Virus record (IMG/VR): IMGVR_UViG_3300005662_000094
Location: 1-38,530 of that record
Direction: 5' to 3' (one strand)
Origin: a virus
Taxonomy: Duplodnaviria; Caudoviricetes
Length of the DNA: 38,530 nucleotides
The notes under the pieces were generated by a model that saw only the letters and a program-made list of their open reading frames with translations, had not been told where the DNA came from and ran no database searches. Position 1 is the first letter of the stretch; every line of letters starts with the position of its first letter. The position numbers and the translations under genes were made by a program. Shown here in pieces: positions 7,147-15,979 of this stretch.

Positions 7147-8517
7147 CTATGAGACTCCTTCATAATACATATTAATATACTTACGAGCGTTTTGGTTACT
7201 GACTTTCTCCCATGTTCCTTTTTTAAACGATTCTGCTGAATGTTGAATGCCGAATGTTGCTATGTCTTTGGCCTCATTCTTCGTCAGTCCGTCTTTCTCC
7301 ATTTCTTGCATTACTTTTTTGAAATTTCCCTCCAACACTTCGGCCTGTTTACCCCTTGGTATGCCTGGCATTACAAAGTTGGTCCCCGTCCAGCCCCCAA
7401 GAGCCTCAGATAGAGCGGCCTTCCAGTTCTTTTGAGCAAGTCCTAAGTCCACAAACCTGGCTACACCCTTGTCATCAATAATTAAATTATCACCCTTAGC
7501 ATCATTATGAGCATACCCAAGCTTATGCAACTTCCCCATACTAATATTGTAAGCATCATCTTTATCAATGCCGTTGACTTTTTGTGGAGCTTTGTATAAT
7601 GGAACCCCCGGTACAACCTCCATGGCAATCATTCCTTTGTGGATGGTGCCATTATCCATATTGCTGTGGGCATTCTTTATGAATCTAGAAGCTATTAACC
7701 TAGGACCCAAACCAGCTTCCCCCAGTTTTTTGATCAAGGTCGCCTCAGTTCTACCGATATCACCCACTTTGACACCAATTTCATTGGGCATTCCATCTGA
7801 GTAGCCTAGCAATTTCTTCGCAGGAACCTTTAAGAATGACCCAAAGCCCCCTGCCCCCAGCACCCTGGAGCCTGAACCTTCTACGGCACTCCATTTAACC
7901 TTATCGGCTTTTTCTGAGCCGTCAATGCTTATGGTTCCTTCGGGACCTAGCCTTTTCATCTTATCTAGTAATTTACCGGCGGTCACCCTGACTTTTCTTA
8001 CCTTATCCGCAGGGATGTCACCATGCTTATGGGCAGTCATTGGGGCGGAGGGTCGAGTCCTTACTACAGTGTCTTTAGGGGTTTTGGGTATTGGTTCTTT
8101 CTTTAGTTTCCTGACGGCATTTATTCTGCCTATTAGGGTACGAAACCTTTGAATGGCTTGACCGAAGAATAGCCCCAAGTTGTGTTCTTTGTTGACCCCT
8201 TGTTTGTTTGGTTGGGATTGGCTCTTTTCCATTGGTTGAGCTTGCTTAACTGGTTGGCTTAGCTCTGGGCCAGCAACTGGTTTGGCAGCACCAAAAACTC
8301 TATCCCTTACTTTCCTCAGAGAACCTACAATAACATCGGGCAACTCAACAAGACAAGCTTTTACCCCTTCGATACAAGTTGCTGAGCAGCTTTTACCGAT
8401 GGAGCACCTTTTACGACCGCCTCCAACAGCATTTGATTTAGACTTCAGAATCTCAGAACTAGATGGCACATTGCCAGAGGGCGCAGCAAAGTTGAATTGT
8501 TGTTCACCATTTGCCAC
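7147..8517 (-). CDS. Cys4-tagged Ser/Thr protein kinase (Hanks-type/ePK-like)
   Basis: 'LGAGGFG', 'GVKVG', 'HNDAKGDN', 'VDLG' kinase motifs; N-terminal KRCSIGKSCSATCIEGVKACLVELP. Confidence 0.85.
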   Translation of the reverse strand: MANGEQQFNFAAPSGNVPSSSEILKSKSNAVGGGRKRCSIGKSCSATCIEGVKACLVELPDVIVGSLRKVRDRVFGAAKPVAGPELSQPVKQAQPMEKSQSQPNKQGVNKEHNLGLFFGQAIQRFRTLIGRINAVRKLKKEPIPKTPKDTVVRTRPSAPMTAHKHGDIPADKVRKVRVTAGKLLDKMKRLGPEGTISIDGSEKADKVKWSAVEGSGSRVLGAGGFGSFLKVPAKKLLGYSDGMPNEIGVKVGDIGRTEATLIKKLGEAGLGPRLIASRFIKNAHSNMDNGTIHKGMIAMEVVPGVPLYKAPQKVNGIDKDDAYNISMGKLHKLGYAHNDAKGDNLIIDDKGVARFVDLGLAQKNWKAALSEALGGWTGTNFVMPGIPRGKQAEVLEGNFKKVMQEMEKDGLTKNEAKDIATFGIQHSAESFKKGTWEKVSNQNARKYINMYYEGVS

Positions 8518-8526
8518 ACGGTATCC

Positions 8527-8706
8527 TCAACCTAAATACTGCCAAGCAGTAACTACATTTTCAGACACCAACCCATCAATATCCATCTTTTGAGCAGCGT
8601 CTAGGGCCCTGAGGGATTCAACCCGTTTGGCAGGGTCTCTGCGTAACTTTTTGTAACGCTCCATGAGCTTTTGATATTTGTCGTCGTTACTTAATTTGGA
8701 TGCCAT
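8527..8706 (-). CDS. small hypothetical protein (59 aa)
   Basis: MASKLSNDDKYQKLMERYKKLRRDP...AWQYLG; fills the gap before the kinase gene; below the ORF-track cutoff. Confidence 0.65.
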   Translation of the reverse strand: MASKLSNDDKYQKLMERYKKLRRDPAKRVESLRALDAAQKMDIDGLVSENVVTAWQYLG

Positions 8707-8780
8707 TTTGTGTTGTGTGTGTTTGAGTTACCGGGCCGATGAGCCGCATACACTTATTATACCCTGTAGCTATGCCAAAG

Positions 8781-8984
8781 TCAACCGCCCCACTGGTCCT
8801 CTTCGGACTTAATGAAATCCTTAAGCTCTTTAACATAGTCTCGGAGATCTTGGGCCTTTTGGACATGCCAATGCTGCTTAGTCTTAAGGTATAGCATCGT
8901 GTGGTTATCGATGGCCTTAAGCAAGTTATGAATTACCGGATTCCATGGGCCCCTTATAGGGTTATCCCACTCTCTCTTTGACAT
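8781..8984 (-). CDS. cyanophage-type hypothetical protein (67 aa)
   Basis: 'PWNPVIHNLLKAIDNH...WH..KA..LR.YV.ELK' resembles a small protein I recognise from cyanophages; function unknown. Confidence 0.7.
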   Translation of the reverse strand: MSKREWDNPIRGPWNPVIHNLLKAIDNHTMLYLKTKQHWHVQKAQDLRDYVKELKDFIKSEEDQWGG

Positions 8985-9030
8985 TTGCCCTGCCTACTGT
9001 TCTATGGAATTTATTCTACCCCTAAGACCC

Positions 9031-9723
9031 TTACGTCAACCCGGTTCCCGCCCCCTGCTCTCCAGATGGGGTACATTTATTTTGTCTATTTTGAGCCATC
9101 TGTGTCTCTGACTGCTCGGGTTTAGGGTTCTTTGGCATTTCCCCTTGGGTATCTATATTTGGTTGTCCCGTGGGCACTTTAGAGTCTTCCCTTGATTTTC
9201 TTGGTGGGCAGATCTTACCAGTGGTCAATCCTTGTGGTGGCTCATCGAATGAACGTAATCCCTTCAACTGCAAAGACCTTGGGCCAGGTTGGGGGTTTTC
9301 GCTTGGGGTAGCCAAAGGTGGCAACTTACCAGATTCATTGTCTTTTAGTTTACCTTGACTACCCTTTTGCTTTCCTGGCCTATTGTCCACATCCATCTCC
9401 GATAAACCTTGGGCCCTGGTCGTTTTGTTTTCCTTCGGAGTTTCCCCCCCGGTATGGCCCTTATCGAATTGCCTGTCCCATGCCTCAGCCCCTAGCATCT
9501 TGGAAACTTTATTTGCAGATTCTTGTGAGAATCCAATTGACTCTAAAATTTCGGCATAGTTGCTTTTTTTGCAAGCCGACGATGAAATGGCAATTGCTTG
9601 TTTAGGATTTTTTACTACTGGGCCATCTTTACCAGCTTTACCAGAACCGGAATGGAGTTTGCCAGCCTTAAAACGGCGCATTTCATCCCTGACACAATTT
9701 TTATCATCCGGATTTACTGGCAT
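9031..9723 (-). CDS. hypothetical protein with DUF6496-like N-terminus, largely disordered
   Basis: 'EMRRFKAGKLHSGS...GPVVKNPKQAIAI' matches the DUF6496 pattern; GGGTAA 26 nt upstream. Confidence 0.65.
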   Translation of the reverse strand: MPVNPDDKNCVRDEMRRFKAGKLHSGSGKAGKDGPVVKNPKQAIAISSSACKKSNYAEILESIGFSQESANKVSKMLGAEAWDRQFDKGHTGGETPKENKTTRAQGLSEMDVDNRPGKQKGSQGKLKDNESGKLPPLATPSENPQPGPRSLQLKGLRSFDEPPQGLTTGKICPPRKSREDSKVPTGQPNIDTQGEMPKNPKPEQSETQMAQNRQNKCTPSGEQGAGTGLT

Positions 9724-9729
9724 TTTTAG

Positions 9730-9939
9730 TTACTGAATTTCCAAGATTTTACCCTCTAGCTCCTCTATGTAGTCTAATAGGACTGTCGTCTGAGCCGAGA
9801 GTTTTATCAATAGGGAAGAACTTTCAACTAGGTATTCTTCTAGCTCTTGTCTGGAGAGGAGATTGATTTTTTCCCTGATCTTGAAAGGAATTAGTTCCTT
9901 TTCTAAGGGTAGTTCAATTTGTGGCCTTTGGAAGTCCAT
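9730..9939 (-). CDS. nblA: NblA-like phycobilisome degradation protein
   Basis: 'IELPLEKEL...INLLSRQELEEYLV' aligns without gaps to the cyanobacterial NblA pattern 'IELSLEQQF...VQNMSHDQAKDFLV'. Confidence 0.55.
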   Translation of the reverse strand: MDFQRPQIELPLEKELIPFKIREKINLLSRQELEEYLVESSSLLIKLSAQTTVLLDYIEELEGKILEIQ

Positions 9940-10594
9940 GTGCTATTTGTTTAAGAAATTGAAATTTTTCTGATGCCCAGTGATGTTCATCTTCCCCCAT
10001 AGTCGCATCACTGATGTAATCAACCATAAGATCCATTTCCTCATCCGATAGCACACTGAAAGCCTCGGCTAGGTCATCCGATAAAAGCAGGGTCCGAGCC
10101 TCATCTGGACTATAAACAAAATCAGTATCTACCCAGTCTTCAGGTTGAGAGTCATAGGAGATGTGGTAGTTGTTTTCTGATAGTTGACATTCCAGGACTC
10201 TAGCCTCGTCAATGTTCAACTTTTTGGCTATGTCGGTGTAGCTCATATTTTCCTGTAAAAGTCCTAAGACCTCATTGCGATACTTGGCGATCCATCTTGG
10301 GGTTTTTACAAGCCTGGAGTAATCTCGAAGGGCATGTTGGATGTACCCCCTTGCGTTCTTCCAAGCATAAGTGCTGAATTTAACGTGTTTATCGGGGTCG
10401 AACCTGGTAGCAGCTACACAAAGAGCAAAATTTGCTATGGATTCCAGATCATCCCTAGTGAGAGAACCCGTATTACCACCTGTCAAACATTTGGCTCCAA
10501 AGGCTAGTCGGCCAGCAATCCAGCTATGCTCTTCGACTAGTTTCTTTTGCTCTCTTGATAGTCCAGGGTACGATTTGTACCTCTTTTTTGTCAT
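9914..10594 (-). CDS. RNA polymerase sigma factor (sigma70 family, SigF/group 3-like)
   Basis: 'DDLESIANFALCVAATRFDP...KFSTYAW...GYIQHALRDYSRLVKTPR' (region 2) plus HTH 'SYTDIAKKLNI'. Confidence 0.85.
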   Translation of the reverse strand: MTKKRYKSYPGLSREQKKLVEEHSWIAGRLAFGAKCLTGGNTGSLTRDDLESIANFALCVAATRFDPDKHVKFSTYAWKNARGYIQHALRDYSRLVKTPRWIAKYRNEVLGLLQENMSYTDIAKKLNIDEARVLECQLSENNYHISYDSQPEDWVDTDFVYSPDEARTLLLSDDLAEAFSVLSDEEMDLMVDYISDATMGEDEHHWASEKFQFLKQIAHGLPKATN

Positions 10595-10597
10595 GGG

Positions 10598-13582
10598 TCA
10601 AGCCTCGCAAGCTGCACAATCAGAGTTGGAGTTATCAATTTCGTTGTTTTGATAAGTTGTTTTCTTGCCTAGTGCTATGTAATCTGTGTAGCCGCCAACC
10701 CACCTATTATCGAGATAGAGTTGGGGGACTGTTTTCCACTCATCTACCCACATTCCCTCTTTGACTGCTGAATCCTTGTTGACCTCGATAAAATCGATGC
10801 CATCCTCAGTTAGTTTGTCCTTGAGCATTGAGCAATAGGGGCACCCTTCTTTTGTGATTATAATTGCTGGTTCTTCACAATCGTCGTCCATTTCATCTTG
10901 ACTTGAAATCAGGGCTGATTTAGATTTCAGGTAGTATAAAGATTTAACTCCTGCTATGTAAGCAGAGATATGAAGTCTCAGTAAGTACTCGGCTTCTGCA
11001 TAAGGGTCTACCCAGACATTAAGAGACTGAGCTTGACAAATAAGGGGTTGACGATCAGCCGCCTGTTTGATTAACTCAAATTGGTCTATTTCCCTGGCGG
11101 TCTTAAAGACATCTTTTTCATGGTCCGTCAAACAGTCTAAGCCCTGTACGCTACCTTTATCCTTCTCTATATCATCCCAAACCGTGGGAGAGATGTTTCT
11201 TTCTAGAAAAATACGCTCTAAATGAGGGTTCTTCCTGACAAATGCCCCTTTATCCTGTTTGGCAACATAATAGTTGTAATCCATCGGGCTGATTCCTTCG
11301 GAAAATGCCCCACTGATGACAGAGTTTGTTTTTGTAGGAGCAATCGCTAGAAGGTGAGTATGCCTTCTCCCACTGCCTACACACCATTCAGGTTCGCCAA
11401 ACCTTTCCGCCAACTCTCTGGAAGCCTTCTCAGCTTGTCCACGAATGAACTTATGGGTCTCAATGTTGAGCGCACGGGCTTCTGCAGATTTAAAAGGTAG
11501 ACCCTGGCTTTGATACAAAGAATGCAGACCCATGGTCCCCAATCCGAGAGCCCTACTCTTTTTAGCAAAACGGACAGCACGACCTAGGCCCACCTTATTT
11601 TCTGCCTTTTTAATGAACTCTGAGACTACAGCCTCTAACAAATGAATCGCAACCTCTGAGACAGACCTCCCGGTACGGGGGGAACGCCAATCTTTCCATT
11701 CAAACCACTTCGACAAATTCAAAGAAGATAAAACGCAAACAAATGAGTGGTTTTCATCGGTGTAAAGGGTGATCTCACTACAGTTATGCACAAGAACTCC
11801 GGACATAAATCCGTCTTCGTTTTTGGTGACAATGTAAAAGTTATGATTGTCTTGTACAGTCAGGTCATAGACTTTTTCTACTCCAATAGTCCTTACGCTG
11901 ATTACTCTTAGACCACCCCTCCTTAGGGTCCTAATTTTTTCTTGTTCTAGGTCAAATTTCTGAGTTCTTTCATTTAAGGGTGGTGGTATAATTCCCTCAT
12001 ACCCACCATCGTACTCAGCATCTCCGATAACATAAGACCTATACTTCTGAAAATCCCCCCCAAACCTATAATTCGAAAAACTAATTGGAACATTGTGCCC
12101 CTCGTCCCGTAGGGATAGGTAAGTTTTTTTATCAAAGCGTCCAAGTCTTTCGTAAATTTCTTTCCCTAGCTGGATAAGCTCATAGTTATCAATTCCGCAA
12201 AATTTAGTATTTAATTTACCCGTAACTTGGGATTTAACATATTTAGAATGGAAGTCTTTATCGATTTTATGAATAGGGTTCCCACTACCTTTTCTTTCCT
12301 GTGATGTTTTAGCCCAATGCTCTTCTTTCGTCAAAAGTCGAAGGTTAGATAAATCATCTCCACCTTGACTAAGAATGTGATCAACATGGTGACCATCTGG
12401 ACAAGCTCCATTATGGTACTCCCAAATCATCCTTCCCTGCTTTCTGAACCCGGTTTCACAGCAAATCTCTCTGTGGCCATAGCTATTAATCCTTGATGAA
12501 AATGGCTCCAAAACCATTCCCACTGAATTTTGAGCTTCCACCCAAGTAGTGTCTCTTAGTGCTAATTGATGATCAGGGGTACACTTAAAGGTACTCCCAT
12601 CTTCAAGTTCTACTTCTACTACTTCTTTTTCCCCTGTGCTAAAAGCAACTGCTTCCTTTATTTCGGGAACCCACTGCTTAATGGGTTTTCCATAACGACT
12701 GAGCTTAGTTCTGGCAGAATAAACGGGGAATGTCGTCCCCTCTAATTCAGAGATCGGGACTGAGTTTCTTCCGTCAGCCACAGCCACCAGGGTATCCCCT
12801 GAGAAGCATAAGTTGGAAAACTTAACGTCTAAGTTCCGTTCCTTGTAACAATCTGGGTTTTGACGATTTACATTACCGGTAAACAACATGTAGGGACTAC
12901 CAGTCATTAGACGGGTGCGGATAGTCTCTCCAAACAACCATTGTTTATGCCCACCATTCTCAATCATATCCTCCATGAACTCATCAGAAATGACAGCTCC
13001 CAGATTACTATCAATCCAGCTTCGGGGGTCTCCCTTAGTATGGTCCTTGGTCCGTAGAATCTCAGGATAATCCGGATCATCTATTTTTGAATAAAGGGCA
13101 AAAGAGCCCTTCCTCAAATTACCACCTTGACCAACCTTGCTAGATGCCCAATCGTAACCCTCCATCCAAGCCGTCTTCCCCAGGGAAACACCGCCATCAG
13201 AGATAGGGGCACCGGACGGCCTGATGTTACCGAAATACACCCCGACACCACCCCCATTTTTACTTAGCATAGCCACTTCTTTCAAGTGGGAGAAAATGCT
13301 TGGGGTGCTATCGGAGATTTCAACGCTGTAGCAAGAAATCGGTAGGGATCTCGGGGTACCGAAATTAGCAGCTACCGGACTTGCTAGCCCCAACCAACCA
13401 TTCCAAAGACACTCAAAAATGTCATCATAAAGTGACTCATCTTCATTAAGCTTGGAAGCAGCGCTAGCTACCCGGTCAAACATGGCCCTAGGAGTTTCCC
13501 CTGGCAATAAATAACCCGAAGACAAAGTCTGCATTGCCTCTTGAGAAAGCCACTCAGGGGCAACTAAAGTATGGTTTGTCAT
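10598..13582 (-). CDS. nrdA: class I ribonucleotide reductase alpha subunit with intein and fused glutaredoxin
   Basis: 'PISC', 'SKNGGGVG', 'SNL|CSEI', 'IAPT', 'KSLYY' and C-terminal 'CAACEA'; Grx-like 'CPYC...TVPQ...VGG' near the end. Confidence 0.95.
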   Translation of the reverse strand: MTNHTLVAPEWLSQEAMQTLSSGYLLPGETPRAMFDRVASAASKLNEDESLYDDIFECLWNGWLGLASPVAANFGTPRSLPISCYSVEISDSTPSIFSHLKEVAMLSKNGGGVGVYFGNIRPSGAPISDGGVSLGKTAWMEGYDWASSKVGQGGNLRKGSFALYSKIDDPDYPEILRTKDHTKGDPRSWIDSNLGAVISDEFMEDMIENGGHKQWLFGETIRTRLMTGSPYMLFTGNVNRQNPDCYKERNLDVKFSNLCFSGDTLVAVADGRNSVPISELEGTTFPVYSARTKLSRYGKPIKQWVPEIKEAVAFSTGEKEVVEVELEDGSTFKCTPDHQLALRDTTWVEAQNSVGMVLEPFSSRINSYGHREICCETGFRKQGRMIWEYHNGACPDGHHVDHILSQGGDDLSNLRLLTKEEHWAKTSQERKGSGNPIHKIDKDFHSKYVKSQVTGKLNTKFCGIDNYELIQLGKEIYERLGRFDKKTYLSLRDEGHNVPISFSNYRFGGDFQKYRSYVIGDAEYDGGYEGIIPPPLNERTQKFDLEQEKIRTLRRGGLRVISVRTIGVEKVYDLTVQDNHNFYIVTKNEDGFMSGVLVHNCSEITLYTDENHSFVCVLSSLNLSKWFEWKDWRSPRTGRSVSEVAIHLLEAVVSEFIKKAENKVGLGRAVRFAKKSRALGLGTMGLHSLYQSQGLPFKSAEARALNIETHKFIRGQAEKASRELAERFGEPEWCVGSGRRHTHLLAIAPTKTNSVISGAFSEGISPMDYNYYVAKQDKGAFVRKNPHLERIFLERNISPTVWDDIEKDKGSVQGLDCLTDHEKDVFKTAREIDQFELIKQAADRQPLICQAQSLNVWVDPYAEAEYLLRLHISAYIAGVKSLYYLKSKSALISSQDEMDDDCEEPAIIITKEGCPYCSMLKDKLTEDGIDFIEVNKDSAVKEGMWVDEWKTVPQLYLDNRWVGGYTDYIALGKKTTYQNNEIDNSNSDCAACEA
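11783..12808 (-). mobile_element. intein (342 aa) in NrdA with HNH endonuclease
   Basis: Begins CFSGDT; block B 'CTPDH', block F 'VYDLTV'; ends VHN before catalytic Cys; internal 'HHVDHI...DLSNLRLLTKEEH'. Confidence 0.93.
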
Positions 13583-14559
13583 GATAAGCTAAAGTCCAGG
13601 GTTTTCAAATTAATAGCCATAAAGTCTTGATTTGGTTTAGCAATATAGTTCCCACCGTCCTTAGATTGAGAGAAGAAGTCTGTACTAGTATTTCCTTTGA
13701 TTAATGGGTGAAACCAAACTTTGACCCTATTGGCTGCGTTATAGTCAAAGGGGTACCGGAAACCTTGAATACCCAGTTTTGCTAATCGATTGTTAGCCCG
13801 CAGGTAGACATAGTTTTTGAGGTCGTATTTTGTAAGGCGATCTAAGGATCTACCTTCAAAAATCTTATCAATGAAAGCAAACTCATTGAGGATAACTTGG
13901 TTGAACCCTGCGATAATGGTTTTAGCTTCATTGTCGGTTAGTGGTTCTTCCTTAACGAGTTCTCTAAATAGAGTAATGCCAGTATTAGAATGTTGCTGCT
14001 CATCTAGAGCAGACCACGAAATAATCTGAGACAGTGCTTTATATTTACCAGTAAGATTAAGAGACAGCAATACAGCAAAGGAACTAAAAAGACTAACCCC
14101 CTCGGCAGCGCCACTAAAAATGGCAAGAGACTCTTTAACGGATTTTTTTCCTAGGAAGTATCCAATTTTTTCCCTGGCTACAGGGTCACCCAAAAAAGCT
14201 TCAAATTCGTCAAGCCCCAGGTTTTCAGACAGGAAGTTATAAGCCCAGGCATGAATTCTTTCAGAAGCAGTATACTCAGCAGCTACTGCGGCTATTTCAT
14301 GCTTCGGGAACCACTGTGGAATATTGGACCAATAATCTCCAACATGACTCTCCAGCTGAGTGAACCCCCTAAGGATACCCCCAATTATCTCTCTCTCATC
14401 CTCTGTACCATTATGCCAATCTCGTTTATCCCCGTCAAAAATCACTTCATCTGGACTCCACCGGGAGAGTGAGGCTTTTTTAAAGCGTTCAAAAAATTCA
14501 GGGTACTCAAAAGCACCGTTAATTTTGTAGGGTTCTCTGTATTCTCTGATGCTGGGCAT
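13579..14559 (-). CDS. nrdB: ribonucleotide reductase beta subunit
   Basis: Di-iron motifs 'FTQLE', 'ERIHAWAY', 'EGVSLFSSF', 'DEQQH'; adjacent to nrdA. Confidence 0.93.
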   Translation of the reverse strand: MPSIREYREPYKINGAFEYPEFFERFKKASLSRWSPDEVIFDGDKRDWHNGTEDEREIIGGILRGFTQLESHVGDYWSNIPQWFPKHEIAAVAAEYTASERIHAWAYNFLSENLGLDEFEAFLGDPVAREKIGYFLGKKSVKESLAIFSGAAEGVSLFSSFAVLLSLNLTGKYKALSQIISWSALDEQQHSNTGITLFRELVKEEPLTDNEAKTIIAGFNQVILNEFAFIDKIFEGRSLDRLTKYDLKNYVYLRANNRLAKLGIQGFRYPFDYNAANRVKVWFHPLIKGNTSTDFFSQSKDGGNYIAKPNQDFMAINLKTLDFSLS

Positions 14560-14625
14560 TGTGCTATGCTGTCATTTGGTCATGGAAATTGTTTGGTATT
14601 TGTTTGTTTTAAGGTTAGTCAACTG

Positions 14626-14856
14626 TTAGTTGCTATAACCTTCAAGTTTGGCATACTTGGCCATTCGATCATTTTCTTTTACCATCGCTTCGGTAAGCTC
14701 AATTTGAGCTTTTTGAAACTGTTCGATGATTTGTTTGTTTTTCTTGTACTCCCCATACATAGCAATTCTACCGAGGATGTAAATCAGCGATAAATTACCG
14801 AGGACACTCCCTAACGCTACTGCCAGGGTCATTGTTAAGAACGTCATTTCTTCCAA
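14626..14856 (-). CDS. hypothetical membrane protein
   Basis: Hydrophobic N-terminal helix followed by a coiled tail; start uncertain. Confidence 0.6.
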   Translation of the reverse strand: MEEMTFLTMTLAVALGSVLGNLSLIYILGRIAMYGEYKKNKQIIEQFQKAQIELTEAMVKENDRMAKYAKLEGYSN

Positions 14857-15034
14857 TAGAGAAATTTGTTGTGATTTTTATCTGGGGGTTAGGAAAAGTC
14901 CAGCATTCCCCATTAGCGTCTAAAAAGACTACCCAAAGGAGATCATGCTCCTGTGAGTAGTCAATAAGGAAGTGGGCCCAACCCTTACCCTTAGGGGTTT
15001 CCAAGGGCAACGCAGGGTTAAGCTGTAGAATCAC
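14795..15034 (-). CDS. hypothetical protein (79 aa)
   Basis: 'QLNPALPLETPKGKGWAHFLIDYSQEHDLLWVV' resembles a common aquatic-phage protein; GTGA overlap with the upstream gene. Confidence 0.7.
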   Translation of the reverse strand: MILQLNPALPLETPKGKGWAHFLIDYSQEHDLLWVVFLDANGECWTFPNPQIKITTNFSIGRNDVLNNDPGSSVRECPR

Positions 15035-15177
15035 TTACCTTGCCCGCGATATTTCTTTTTGGGGTTTGGATGGGCTGAAGTCGCAGAAAATTTTGTTCTC
15101 TTTGAATTTCCTTGGTAGGTTTTCTTTTCAGTTGGGGAGGTTTCCCGCTGATTAGTTAGGGATTTGACTTTTGCCAT
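15031..15177 (-). CDS. small basic cyanophage protein (48 aa)
   Basis: MAKVKSL...KKTYQGNSKRTKFSATS...KKYRGQGK; the KYRGQG ending is typical of a cyanophage family; not in ORF track. Confidence 0.7.
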   Translation of the reverse strand: MAKVKSLTNQRETSPTEKKTYQGNSKRTKFSATSAHPNPKKKYRGQGK

Positions 15178-15221
15178 TTTGAGTTGATGCTAGTTTAGTT
15201 TGGTCAAGATTCTGGTGGAAA

Positions 15222-15425
15222 TCACCAAATACCGGGAATAATTTGCCCAGTAACAGCATAAGAACCAAGGGCTGCAATGATCCCAAGCATAGCCAGTCTT
15301 CCATTTAAGGTCTCTCCGACTGCATCCCATGCAATCATTGGCCTATAGTCTGCATCAACTAGGGTCATTTCGGGTTCGATGGCAAAGTGATTGAGAACGC
15401 CTTGGTCGTCTTTTGTGGTTGTCAT
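15222..15425 (-). CDS. hli: high-light inducible protein
   Basis: 'ETLNGRLAMLG' chlorophyll-binding motif and 'TGQIIPGIW' C-terminus. Confidence 0.92.
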   Translation of the reverse strand: MTTTKDDQGVLNHFAIEPEMTLVDADYRPMIAWDAVGETLNGRLAMLGIIAALGSYAVTGQIIPGIW

Positions 15426-15461
15426 TGTTAGTTGGATGGTTGGTTGGATGGTGACAATGCT

Positions 15462-15489
15462 ATTGTAGCAAGTTCTTAATGAAAGTCAA
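15462..15489 (-). promoter_or_regulatory. early-type promoter TTGACTTTC-N7-ACTTGCTACAAT
   Basis: Near-identical copies at 23212-23239 and 33766-33793. Confidence 0.75.
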
Positions 15490-15655
15490 CGGGTTGGTTG
15501 CTCTCGGGCGTACTATCTTCAGGTTGGGCATGTTTCTTGAGAGCTTTTATTCTCTTGTGTTCCTGCAACCATTTGGCAAAGTAAGATAGTTCCCCATCTG
15601 TATAAAGAGACGGGTTCTTTAGGGCTTTCTTTGCTAGTTTTGATCTTTTAATCAT
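15476..15655 (-). CDS. small hypothetical protein (59 aa)
   Basis: MIKRSKLAKKALKNPSLYTDGELSYFAKWL...; ATGA overlap with the speD stop. Confidence 0.65.
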   Translation of the reverse strand: MIKRSKLAKKALKNPSLYTDGELSYFAKWLQEHKRIKALKKHAQPEDSTPESNQPVDFH

Positions 15656-15978
15656 CGTGATAGCTCCTGTAATCTAATTTCTATGGGTTTGAAGTAATCA
15701 ATCAGAATTTGCATCCCTGACATAGAATCCATGCTGCCACAAGTATAGCAATCTAGTGACACAGAACCCTTCTCGGGGAAAGTGTGGCAAGACATATGGC
15801 TTTCGGCCAATGCGTACACTATGGTAACACCTTGGGGTGTGAATTGGTGGGCAAATTTATTTAAAACCGTGGCCCCCATTGCGGTTACGGCTTTATCAAA
15901 AGCCAACTGAATGGCTAGTAGATCGTTCAGACGGGAAAATGAAATCCCGTACAAAGAGCAAATAACATGTGTTCCCAA
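15652..15978 (-). CDS. speD: S-adenosylmethionine decarboxylase proenzyme
   Basis: 'HQFTPQGVT...LAESHMSCHTFPE...DCYTCG' with the E-S autocleavage site. Confidence 0.9.
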   Translation of the reverse strand: MGTHVICSLYGISFSRLNDLLAIQLAFDKAVTAMGATVLNKFAHQFTPQGVTIVYALAESHMSCHTFPEKGSVSLDCYTCGSMDSMSGMQILIDYFKPIEIRLQELSR

Positions 15979-15979
15979 T

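Noticed and set aside
4539-8517. Toxin-antitoxin, MuF toxin or diversity-generating retroelement explanation for the array
   Set aside because: No interleaved immunity genes, no MuF domain, no reverse transcriptase, and the repeat differences are synonymous rather than adenine-specific.
15426-15452. Short CCAA/CCAT repeats upstream of hli
   Set aside because: Too short and irregular for a CRISPR or iteron array; probably an unstructured leader.
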